DNA from: Nitrospirota bacterium
Lineage (GTDB): Bacteria; Nitrospirota; UBA9217
DNA: 64,000 bases
Direction of reading: 5' to 3'
Assembly (NCBI GenBank): GCA_035498715.1
Contig: DATJZV010000090.1
Coordinates: 3,173 to 67,172 of the forward strand
Below the pieces are notes generated by a model. It saw only the letters and a list, made by a program, of their open reading frames with translations. It did not search any database and was not told the DNA's origin. Made by a program: the position numbers and the translations under genes. Numbering within the stretch: the first letter of the stretch is position 1; every line of letters starts with the position of its first letter. Below, in pieces: positions 1 through 9,328 of the stretch.

Positions 1-424
1 GGAGCTTATCCTCATCATAGACCCCCACAAAAACCGTACCGAGCCCCAAGCCACGGGCAGCCAGCATCATGGTCTGGGCCGCGATCCCGGCATCCGTGAG
101 GTAGTAGTTCTGTCCCCAAATGACACCCGACTGAGCTGGATCGGCACAAAGAACAATAACCACGGGAGCTTCGGCAAGGGCCTTCATCGAGGGGTTCGAC
201 TTGTATCCCTTCGGTGCGAAGTAGGACTCCACGTAGGATAGCTCGCTGATCTTCTCCTTCCTGGCTTTGTCCTTCACCACCAGCAGTCGCCAGCACTGCA
301 TGTTCGCCCACGACGGAGCCATGCGAACCGCCTCGAGAATTGAGCGGAGATCCTCCTCCTCCACAGGTCTGTCCGAATATTTGCGGATGCTTCTACGCGT
401 TTTGATCGCTTCGAAAATATCCAT
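1..424 (-). CDS. Nitroreductase family protein (partial; C-terminus lies beyond the window edge)
   Basis: Absent from the ORF track because it has no stop in the window. Hand translation from ATG 424..422 gives [59 protein letters not shown]... The RRSIRKY and APS-x-N-x-Q-x-W signatures are typical of NfsB/FRase-type nitroreductases. AGGAGG lies 6 nt upstream of the ATG. Confidence 0.8.
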   Translation of the reverse strand, partial: MDIFEAIKTRRSIRKYSDRPVEEEDLRSILEAVRMAPSWANMQCWRLLVVKDKARKEKISELSYVESYFAPKGYKSNPSMKALAEAPVVIVLCADPAQSGVIWGQNYYLTDAGIAAQTMMLAARGLGLGTVFVGVYDEDKL

Positions 425-661
425 AAGTGTCCTCCTAAAATTCGGGGTTATAGATCCGGGGTCAGGTAAAAACGGATACCTAACTCCTGATGTTAGAGGG
501 AGACTTACATCATTAAAGAAGAAAAACGCTCGATCTATTTATTTCCATGACGTTTTCTCCCCAAGGCATGACTTAGTATCGCGCAAAATCTCGAGGAGGT
601 AAAAAAGCGGCACAGAGAGACTTCTCCGTGCCGCGATTCAGAAGTGCGTCCTGGTCCAAGC

Positions 662-1099
662 TTATGTTGTCATCTTCACAAGCTTGGTCCGGAGCCTGAT
701 GTCGACGCCGGTCAGGGCCATGGATACGGGGCATCCTTTCTTGGCTGCCTCCGCCTTTTCTCCGAAGGTCCGCTCATCAATGCCCGGCACCCTTCCTTCA
801 GTCTCCAGTTCGATGGTCGTGATCTTGAACCCCGCGCCTACCTTATCGATATGCACCCTGGCGACAGTGTGGATCTGCTCGACCTTATACCCTGCCTGGT
901 CCAGGATCATCGAGAGTGCCATGCTGAAGCAGCCCGCGTGCGCCGCTCCGATTAGCTCTTCAGGGTTGGTACCCGGCGCGTTCTCGAAACGGGATCCGAA
1001 GGAATAGCTGCCTTCGAAAGCGCCACTGCCGAGCTTCATTTTTCCTTTGCCTTTTATTAAGTTCCCTTCCCACTTTGCTTCCGACGTTCGTATCGGCAT
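662..1099 (-). CDS. osmC: OsmC/Ohr family peroxiredoxin
   Basis: 145-aa ORF. The two conserved Cys contexts (AAHAGCFSMAL and KKGCPVS) and the overall length match the OsmC fold. Confidence 0.85.
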   Translation of the reverse strand: MPIRTSEAKWEGNLIKGKGKMKLGSGAFEGSYSFGSRFENAPGTNPEELIGAAHAGCFSMALSMILDQAGYKVEQIHTVARVHIDKVGAGFKITTIELETEGRVPGIDERTFGEKAEAAKKGCPVSMALTGVDIRLRTKLVKMTT

Positions 1100-1234
1100 A
1101 AAATACCTCCTTCAGGATAGGTTCCCGTTTACGTTCTTATCATTTGTTTATATTTTACCACTCACACACCATACAGACATCGGACAAAAGTACTCTTTTA
1201 CTTGCAGACCAAGGGGTATGACTGGGGAGCCTCG

Positions 1235-1250
1235 AGGCACCATAGCTGCT
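1235..1250 (+). promoter_or_regulatory. Candidate sigma-54 (-24/-12) promoter-like motif AGGCAC-N6-TGCT
   Basis: aGGCACcatagcTGCTt has correct GG-N10-GC spacing. It lies about 150 nt upstream of the ACT-domain gene. It is imperfect at the -26 position and the leader would be long. Confidence 0.25.
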
Positions 1251-1398
1251 TAGTATGCAAGTATAATCGATTATTAACGGAGTGTCTGTGATTACCCGAT
1301 GAAATGAGGAATCATGATTAACAGAAATGTGCAGCCTGTTTTTTCCCTGAACGGCGCATTTTTAGGCTGCTATAATATTTTAAAAGGAGGTGTTAAAT

Positions 1399-1812
1399 AT
1401 GATGGATATTGTCAGGAAGGTGGCGTATTTTGCGATGGAGGTGCCGAATAGGCCGGGTGAGGGTACTAGGGTTCTGAGTGCGTTGGCAGATGCGGGGGTG
1501 AACCTATTGGCATTCTCCGGGTTTCCAAGCGGCAGGAAGGCGCAACTAGATATTATCCCCGAGGATGTGGCATTGTTTAAAAATGCTGTCAAGGCGGCGA
1601 AGATCAAGACGCGCCCTCAGAAGTTCGGGTTCCTCGTCCAAGGTGATGATCGAAAGGGTGCCGTGGCGGATCTGCTTAAAACGCTCGCAGATAAGAAAAT
1701 TAACGTAACAGCCATTGACTCTGTATCGGCTGGCGCAGGCCGTTATGCTGCAATCCTCTGGGTAGAGCCCAGGAGCGTTAACAAGGCGGCAAAGGCGCTG
1801 GGTGCGAGCTAA
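1399..1812 (+). CDS. ACT domain-containing protein (small-molecule-binding regulatory domain, function unknown)
   Basis: ORF 1390..1812. The ATG at 1399 is preferred because AGGAGG lies at 1385-1390. Two beta-alpha-beta-beta-alpha-beta-like halves are seen (VAYFAMEVPNRPGEGTRVLSALADAGVNLLAF and FLVQGDDRKGAVADLLKTLADKKINVTAI). Confidence 0.6.
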   Translation: MMDIVRKVAYFAMEVPNRPGEGTRVLSALADAGVNLLAFSGFPSGRKAQLDIIPEDVALFKNAVKAAKIKTRPQKFGFLVQGDDRKGAVADLLKTLADKKINVTAIDSVSAGAGRYAAILWVEPRSVNKAAKALGAS

Positions 1813-1900
1813 ACATATTTATTATCAACAACTTGTTCATTGCCCCGAACAAAGCGAAGGGCATGCCGGTTGCGACATGCCCTTCTTCTATTACGAGTTT

Positions 1901-3034
1901 TCAACCATCCTCTTTTCGTGATTGCCTCGTCGCATCTCCCTCATATTGAGATAGCGCCTTACCCCTGGCCCCATAACCCTGGACCCTGATTTTACCCACA
2001 TCTCCTTCCTTTCCGTCCACCTGAATATTAATGTCCAGGAACTGTTTCACAGCCCAGATGTTCGTGAGCAGATGCTGCGTGACGCGACTCGTGGTAAATT
2101 CCGAGACGCCATTACCAAAAGCGGCATAAGGGATGATCTGGTCAGCAAGGTGCGGATCGAGGGCTCCGTCCGTGTCCTTATATTCAAATAACGCGCGACA
2201 TGCCTCGTCTGCCACCTCCTCAGCGCGCTTGCCGATCGCACCGAGAGCGTCGAATCCCGCGGAGATGTTCTCGAGCTCTAAAAGGATAAAGACAAGCGTG
2301 CCTTTGCCCGGCGAAGGTGCGCAAACGATATCTATATCCGCATCAATTCCTCGCTGTGAAAGCATCTTGAGCGCCCGGTCCCGCTGGCGGACGCCGATGT
2401 CTCGTGGGAGATTCGAGATCGCCGAGGTCCCGGTCACACGGACGGGTTTCCCTCTATCGCAAATCACAACCGGCTTGAACTCTTTCACTGGAGTGATGCG
2501 GGCGATGACCTTCCCGCCGCCGATGGGATACCAGCCCCACTTTTCGATGTCGAGGTCGGGCCTCACGCCGATAAAGGCAAGCATCGGTAAGAACACATTC
2601 TTAAGATAGTGGAACGACGGGCTCCAGGGCACATGCGTGCCGCCGATCACTGTAACGGTGGAAGGATGTCGTGCAAAACAAAGCGGAAGCAGAATCGTCT
2701 GAAGAACAAGAGAGGTGCTCCCTGCACTGCCCTTTTCCTCGGAGATGTCAAAAAAATAATCACCTCCTGCGATTATGCCAGGTGTGAACCGAAGAGCAGT
2801 GGACGACAGATCCGCCCCCTTTACGTGAGCCCGGCTGATCGTTGCCGCTGCCTTTACGGCGGTAAGGTGTTGCGGCTGGAGTCCCGGCTTTCTGCGCGCT
2901 CTGCGGATGTTGATAACCTCTATGGGCCTGCCGAGCATGCACGAGAGCGTGAGCGACGTCCGGAGGATTTGTCCTCCGCCTTCGCCGTAGGAGCCGTCTA
3001 TAAGTATGATGCTTTTCTCAAATGGTGACGACAT
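1901..3034 (-). CDS. rtcA: RNA 3'-terminal phosphate cyclase
   Basis: 377 aa. The N-terminal DGSYGEGGGQILRTSLTLS motif, the catalytic-His context (HLADQIIPYAA) and the length are typical of RtcA. No rtcB or rtcR lies adjacent. Confidence 0.9.
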   Translation of the reverse strand: MSSPFEKSIILIDGSYGEGGGQILRTSLTLSCMLGRPIEVINIRRARRKPGLQPQHLTAVKAAATISRAHVKGADLSSTALRFTPGIIAGGDYFFDISEEKGSAGSTSLVLQTILLPLCFARHPSTVTVIGGTHVPWSPSFHYLKNVFLPMLAFIGVRPDLDIEKWGWYPIGGGKVIARITPVKEFKPVVICDRGKPVRVTGTSAISNLPRDIGVRQRDRALKMLSQRGIDADIDIVCAPSPGKGTLVFILLELENISAGFDALGAIGKRAEEVADEACRALFEYKDTDGALDPHLADQIIPYAAFGNGVSEFTTSRVTQHLLTNIWAVKQFLDINIQVDGKEGDVGKIRVQGYGARGKALSQYEGDATRQSRKEDG

Positions 3035-3115
3035 ATTTCATTGTACACTGAAAAAGACTCAAATGCAGGCGCTGTCAATCCCGCAGGAGCATGATATAAT
3101 TAACAAAGAATATAT

Positions 3116-3565
3116 ATGTCGGACAGTTCGGTCATCATACGTTGTGGTTCATGCAAGACGCTCAACCGTGTCCCCTCGGAGAAATTAACGAGCCGCCCCG
3201 TCTGCGGACACTGCAAGACGCCGCTCGAGTTCCCTCGTGAGCCCGTCAACGTAACGGCGGCTGCATTCGAGCGCGAAATATTCGACTGGCCGGAATTCGT
3301 GCTACTGGAGTTCTGGGCTAAGTGGTGCGGCTTCTGCCGGATGGTCGAACCGGTCGTAAATGACCTCGCGTCCTGGAACGCCGGCCGCCTGAAAGTTGTC
3401 AGGGTCGACGTGGATGCGGAACCGGGGCTCGCAAGGCGCTTTATGGTGAAGGCCACGCCCACCTTTGTCGTCTACAAGAACGGAACGCAAATCGCTCGCA
3501 TGGACGGCGCTCCCAAGGAAAAAATTGAACTAGTACAGTGGGTTGACCAGATACTGAAGCGTTGA
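3116..3565 (+). CDS. trxC: Thioredoxin 2-type thioredoxin with N-terminal Zn-finger; atypical WCGFC active site
   Basis: 149 aa. N-terminal CGSC...CGHC double CxxC. The Trx fold has EFWAKWCGFCRMV and a cis-Pro context (KATPTF). Confidence 0.85.
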   Translation: MSDSSVIIRCGSCKTLNRVPSEKLTSRPVCGHCKTPLEFPREPVNVTAAAFEREIFDWPEFVLLEFWAKWCGFCRMVEPVVNDLASWNAGRLKVVRVDVDAEPGLARRFMVKATPTFVVYKNGTQIARMDGAPKEKIELVQWVDQILKR

Positions 3566-4125
3566 CCCACCTTCCTGCCGTCAACCTCTTTGCAACCCAG
3601 CTCCCCTCCAGGGGTTTAATGATATCCTTTTCATCACGGCCTGCATATATACAGCTTCTCGCGGATCTCTGGATCGTCGGCTGCATCCCCGCCGGCCTTC
3701 ACCCGGAAGTGAACTTGGCAGCCCGGATGGTACTTCTGTGGTCGTTGCTCATGTTGCTCTGGCTCCCCTGGTGCGATGATGGATCCGGCTACTGCCCGCT
3801 TTTCATTTCTCAAGGGAAAGTGGTCCCACGCAGCCTGGCGTCATCGTTTCCCAGCAAGTCGGCGAGTCCGAACGCGCCCTTCTCGAGCATTATGAAGGAA
3901 TAGGGAAGTGTCGCTTCGAACTCGTGAGAAATATGAAGGGTGGCTGACTTTTCTGATCGAATGCGGACGCGATACGAAGGATCAGCCCGCTGAAGCATTG
4001 TGGCGTTTGATGGGAAATGCAAGAAGCCGCGAAGACCGCCCGAAAAAAATGCGCAGGCTCTTTCACTTGGCAAGCGGAGTGCGAAAATGACAGGTCCCGG
4101 GAAGCATGTTTTGAGCCTAATCGCA

Positions 4126-4887
4126 TCAACCGTGAGCTGATATTTTCCTCATGCCGAGGGGATTCGGCGAGCGCCGCTGAAACCCTTTTGCCTGCACCAC
4201 GATATCAAGAGGAAGGCTCATAATGTCGGCTACATCGCAACCCGTACGGGAAAGCAGGCCTGCTTCAATGGTCTTTATGTAGGACTTACATGCATCGCAC
4301 GTATTGACCTTGAACTCCTCTTCCCCTTCGAACAAAAAAACATTCTGTTTCGACCCATCATTGTTCTGACAGATCACGCATCCCATTTGATCGTAATACC
4401 CCTCGGTAGCGCAGAACGAACAAGAGACCTGACGCCGGCCATCTTCACCGACCCATGACAGGGAGGGCTGTGCATTGCACACCGGACATCTCCCCACTTC
4501 CCAGATCCGGTTGCCCAAGCGGCACGCGTCCCGCAGGGCGAGAAAGTACGGCTTGCTGATGAGGAACAGGAGCATGGTCAGGTCGTCCTCTGGATAGGGG
4601 AGCGAGAAAGCCGGTGTCTCGCTCAAGGGAAGCCGCGTAAAGTCTATTTCGCCCAGCTCCATTGCCCGTTTCAAGGGAGATAGGTTCCCCTCCGGAAGCT
4701 CAAAGGTGAAAGAAAAGGTCTCGAATATCCTGTCGATGGATTCACGCGGATAGGAATTCATATCCGGACGCGTCGGGAGCTGGAGCTCTCTCACCGACTC
4801 CGTGAATTTCATCGCTCTCTCATAGAACCGGAATGGATCCGTGAGATGCGGTTTTCTCCTGATAATGTCTTCGATGGTCTCTTGCAC
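4126..4887 (-). CDS. fdhE: FdhE-like formate dehydrogenase accessory protein (rubredoxin-like CxxC clusters)
   Basis: 253 aa with a GTG start. Four CxxC pairs are present (CPVC, CSFC, CVIC, CDAC) with FdhE-like spacing. No fdh structural genes are in the window. Confidence 0.7.
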   Translation of the reverse strand: MQETIEDIIRRKPHLTDPFRFYERAMKFTESVRELQLPTRPDMNSYPRESIDRIFETFSFTFELPEGNLSPLKRAMELGEIDFTRLPLSETPAFSLPYPEDDLTMLLFLISKPYFLALRDACRLGNRIWEVGRCPVCNAQPSLSWVGEDGRRQVSCSFCATEGYYDQMGCVICQNNDGSKQNVFLFEGEEEFKVNTCDACKSYIKTIEAGLLSRTGCDVADIMSLPLDIVVQAKGFQRRSPNPLGMRKISAHG

Positions 4888-5028
4888 CTGATATTCCTCT
4901 CATCTCTTTTTGTACGGCATAGGCGGATAAAATATCCTTGTTCATTGTCAGATTACATCGCGGCATCATGCGGGAACCCTTATCAAAAAACTTCCCGCCC
5001 TGAATATCCCTGAGACACCATGTCCTCT

Positions 5029-6336
5029 TTACGGCAGTTTCGGATACTCTATGACGACCGGCTCGCCTGTCAGTGCCTCGACGAGGAACGTCTTCAAATA
5101 TTGCTTCTCCTTGGCGCTGAGCCCCAAAGGCTTAAGCACCGCATTCCCCTTCCCTCCCCCTTTGTCGAAAAACTCAATAACGTCATCAAGAGTCGGGAAA
5201 ATGCCGTTGTGCATGTATGGTGCGGTCCGGGATATGTCGAGTAGCGACGGGGTCCTGAACGCCTTCCAATCCTTCTTGTCCTTGGTGATCAGATATCTCC
5301 CGGGATCTTCCGTGAGCGTGCGATACTCATCAAAATGATAGATCTTGGCAACGAACCTTATTGTGGTGTCGATTCGTGGATCGCTCTGGTGTTCCGGATT
5401 CTCCGGCACGAGCAGCGCATAGAATTTGTCATCGGACAGACTGAAGCCATAATGACATTCTGCGCACTTTCCCTTTTCCCTGAACAGGGCCAGGCCTTTT
5501 TTCGCGTCATCCGAGAGCGCCTTCTTGTCGCCCTTAAGGTACCGGTCGAGCAGCGTGTTCCGGGAAACGAGCGTCCGTTCGAAGGCGGCGATCGCCATGG
5601 CCATGCGCTCACGTGTGACCTCGCCGCCGAAGACCCTCTGGAATGCATCCACGTATTCTGGCACCGATCTGATCACCTCCTCGACGAAGTCGAGGTTTCT
5701 GTTCATTTCAAACGCAGACATCATCGGGAAGAGCGCCTGGTCTTCAAGAGTCTTCGCCCGGCCATCGTGGAACAAGGACTTGCGGAACGCTACGTTCATG
5801 AGGGTGGGCGAGTTGCGCCAGTTCCTCGTCGTGGGATAGCTGAGCGATATATCGAGCCCGTCGCTGAACGCATGTTCGGGATCGTGACAGGTCGCACAAC
5901 TCATGGTCCCGTCTCCAGAGAGCCTCCGGTCGAAGAACAGTTTTTTCCCAAGTTCGACCTTCTCCGGGGTCTGGGGGTTCTGCTCCGGCACGGGAATATC
6001 TTTGAACGGCTCAAGGTCCCCAGCAAAGGCACCGAGCGGCGCCATCGAGAATATCAACGCGGAAAACACTACCGTCATCGCGAAGCGAAGGCGAAGCAAT
6101 GCTCGGTCTGACAAATCACTAAGCCCCGATCTCCACAAGCCAGAACGGGGAGCGGGACCATGGATATCACGAACCCTTTGGGCACTATGAGCGAGAGCTT
6201 CCCCATCTTTCTTATTCGTGGAATTCGTCATTCTCTCATCATTCGTGTCATGGATCATAAGGATTTTCTCGCTATGATGACAAGACCTCTGCACGCGGCA
6301 AGAGATGATGGTTTCTGATTCAGAATTTCTTCTCAT
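5029..6336 (-). CDS. Di-haem cytochrome c peroxidase (CCP/MauG family), membrane-anchored or secreted
   Basis: 435 aa. Two haem c sites are present (CATCHDP and CAECHYG), with a hydrophobic segment VVFSALIFSMAPLGAFA. The ATG at 6336 has GAGGAG 7 nt upstream and overlaps the upstream gene by 17 nt. Later starts at 6258 or 6231 are possible. Confidence 0.85.
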   Translation of the reverse strand: MRRNSESETIISCRVQRSCHHSEKILMIHDTNDERMTNSTNKKDGEALAHSAQRVRDIHGPAPRSGLWRSGLSDLSDRALLRLRFAMTVVFSALIFSMAPLGAFAGDLEPFKDIPVPEQNPQTPEKVELGKKLFFDRRLSGDGTMSCATCHDPEHAFSDGLDISLSYPTTRNWRNSPTLMNVAFRKSLFHDGRAKTLEDQALFPMMSAFEMNRNLDFVEEVIRSVPEYVDAFQRVFGGEVTRERMAMAIAAFERTLVSRNTLLDRYLKGDKKALSDDAKKGLALFREKGKCAECHYGFSLSDDKFYALLVPENPEHQSDPRIDTTIRFVAKIYHFDEYRTLTEDPGRYLITKDKKDWKAFRTPSLLDISRTAPYMHNGIFPTLDDVIEFFDKGGGKGNAVLKPLGLSAKEKQYLKTFLVEALTGEPVVIEYPKLP

Positions 6337-6913
6337 ATTTCAACTCCTCGTCGATGATTTTCTTGAAATATTCGAATGGCCGTTCACCCACGACCTTACG
6401 GCCGTTGATGAATATCGTGGGTGTGTTGTAGAGATCCATATCCGTTGCGAGCTTTTTGTCCCGCTCGATTTCCTGCTCATGCTTTTTGCTGTCGATCGAC
6501 GCGGCGAACTTCTTCGTGTCGAGCCCGAGCTCCTTTGCGTACCCGATGAGGCTCTCACGATCGAGTTTAGGTGACTTTTTCAGCAAGAGGTCGTGCATCT
6601 CCCAGTACTTGCCCTGGTCCCGGGCAGCAAGCGACGCCTCGGCCGCAATATGAGAGTAGTCGCGGTACTGATACGGGTAGTTCTTGATCACAAGCCGTAT
6701 TTTCCCCTTGTAGGTATCCATGATCTTCTTGACGGTCGGACCGGCCGCCACACAGTGAGGTCACTGGAAGTCGAGAAATTCTACTATGGTCACGGGTGCG
6801 TCCTGCGGTCCGAGGGTCGGCGAGTCTTTGATAGGCACCGGATACCTCTTCTCTTCGGCTGAGGCAGAGACGGTGAGAAGAAAAAACGCCATAACGAGCA
6901 TGGCCTTTTTCAT
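6320..6913 (-). CDS. DsbA-like thiol:disulfide oxidoreductase with in-frame UGA (predicted selenocysteine) at 6761..6763, giving a U-P-H-C active site
   Basis: ORF-track entries 6761..6991 and 6320..6751 are in the same frame and separated only by TGA-CCT-CAC-TGT. The joined reading is ...APVTIVEFLDFQ-U-PHC-VAAGPTVKKIMDTY... The start is placed at ATG 6913 (MKKAMLVMAFFLLTVSASA signal peptide, AAGGAGG 6 nt upstream). Confidence 0.75.
6730..6750 (-). promoter_or_regulatory. Candidate SECIS-like hairpin 11 nt downstream of the UGA
   Basis: The mRNA reads UGA-CCUCACUGUG-UGGCGG-CCGGUCCGA-CCGUCA. This forms a 6-bp stem (one G-U pair) with a 9-nt loop containing GGUC. The stem is short, so this is only a candidate. 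Confidence 0.3.
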
Positions 6914-6974
6914 GAGAACCTCCTTAGGAGTTCGGCATTCCACTCTGTTGTTTAAACAGCTGGATTTACAGCAG

Positions 6975-7019
6975 GAAAAGAAAAAGCCCATTTGCAGTCT
7001 ATGAAACTACAAATGGGCT
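6975..7019 (-). terminator. Rho-independent terminator downstream of acs
   Basis: AGCCCATTTG-N15-CAAATGGGCT forms a perfect 10-bp stem. On the minus strand it is followed by TTTTTCTTTTCC. It lies inside the N-terminal extension of ORF 6761..6991, which argues for the 6913 start. Confidence 0.75.
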
Positions 7020-7181
7020 TTTCAGGCTTTTTTCACCCTCCCAACGGCCACAATGCAAGCGCTGAAGACATGGTTCAGGATGACATACTGCATATATTAT
7101 ATTTTTACATCGCCATACTGTCAACCTGTAATTCCGGCTCGCCCCGAAATGACCGCAGAGATCGGCGTTAACACTATTATT

Positions 7182-9161
<1,980 letters not shown>

Positions 9162-9245
9162 GCCTCGGCCCTCCTTCTCGCTGCTGAAAATATGAATTCC
9201 GCTGCCAGAGCAACGGAAAAGTGCTGATGTCCTCTCTCCCTATAA

Positions 9246-9274
9246 ACTCTAAGGGAAATGGGTATATTTGTCAA
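9246..9274 (-). promoter_or_regulatory. Candidate sigma-70 promoter for acs (TTGACA-N17-TAGAGT)
   Basis: The minus strand reads cTTGACAaatatacccatttccctTAGAGT, about 85 nt upstream of the acs ATG in the actP-acs spacer. Confidence 0.35.
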
Positions 9275-9328
9275 GAGGCAGGGGTACACAAAATGCGGTG
9301 TCCCCCGCCTCCCGACGGATGGGATCAT

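Noticed and set aside
6914-6991. N-terminal extension of the DsbA-like ORF (MGFFFSCCKSSCLNNRVECRTPKEVL...) starting at 6991
   Set aside because: - The extension overlaps the acs terminator hairpin and its T-run (6975..7019).
- It has no SD sequence.
- ATG 6913 has AAGGAGG at ideal spacing and opens directly into a signal peptide.
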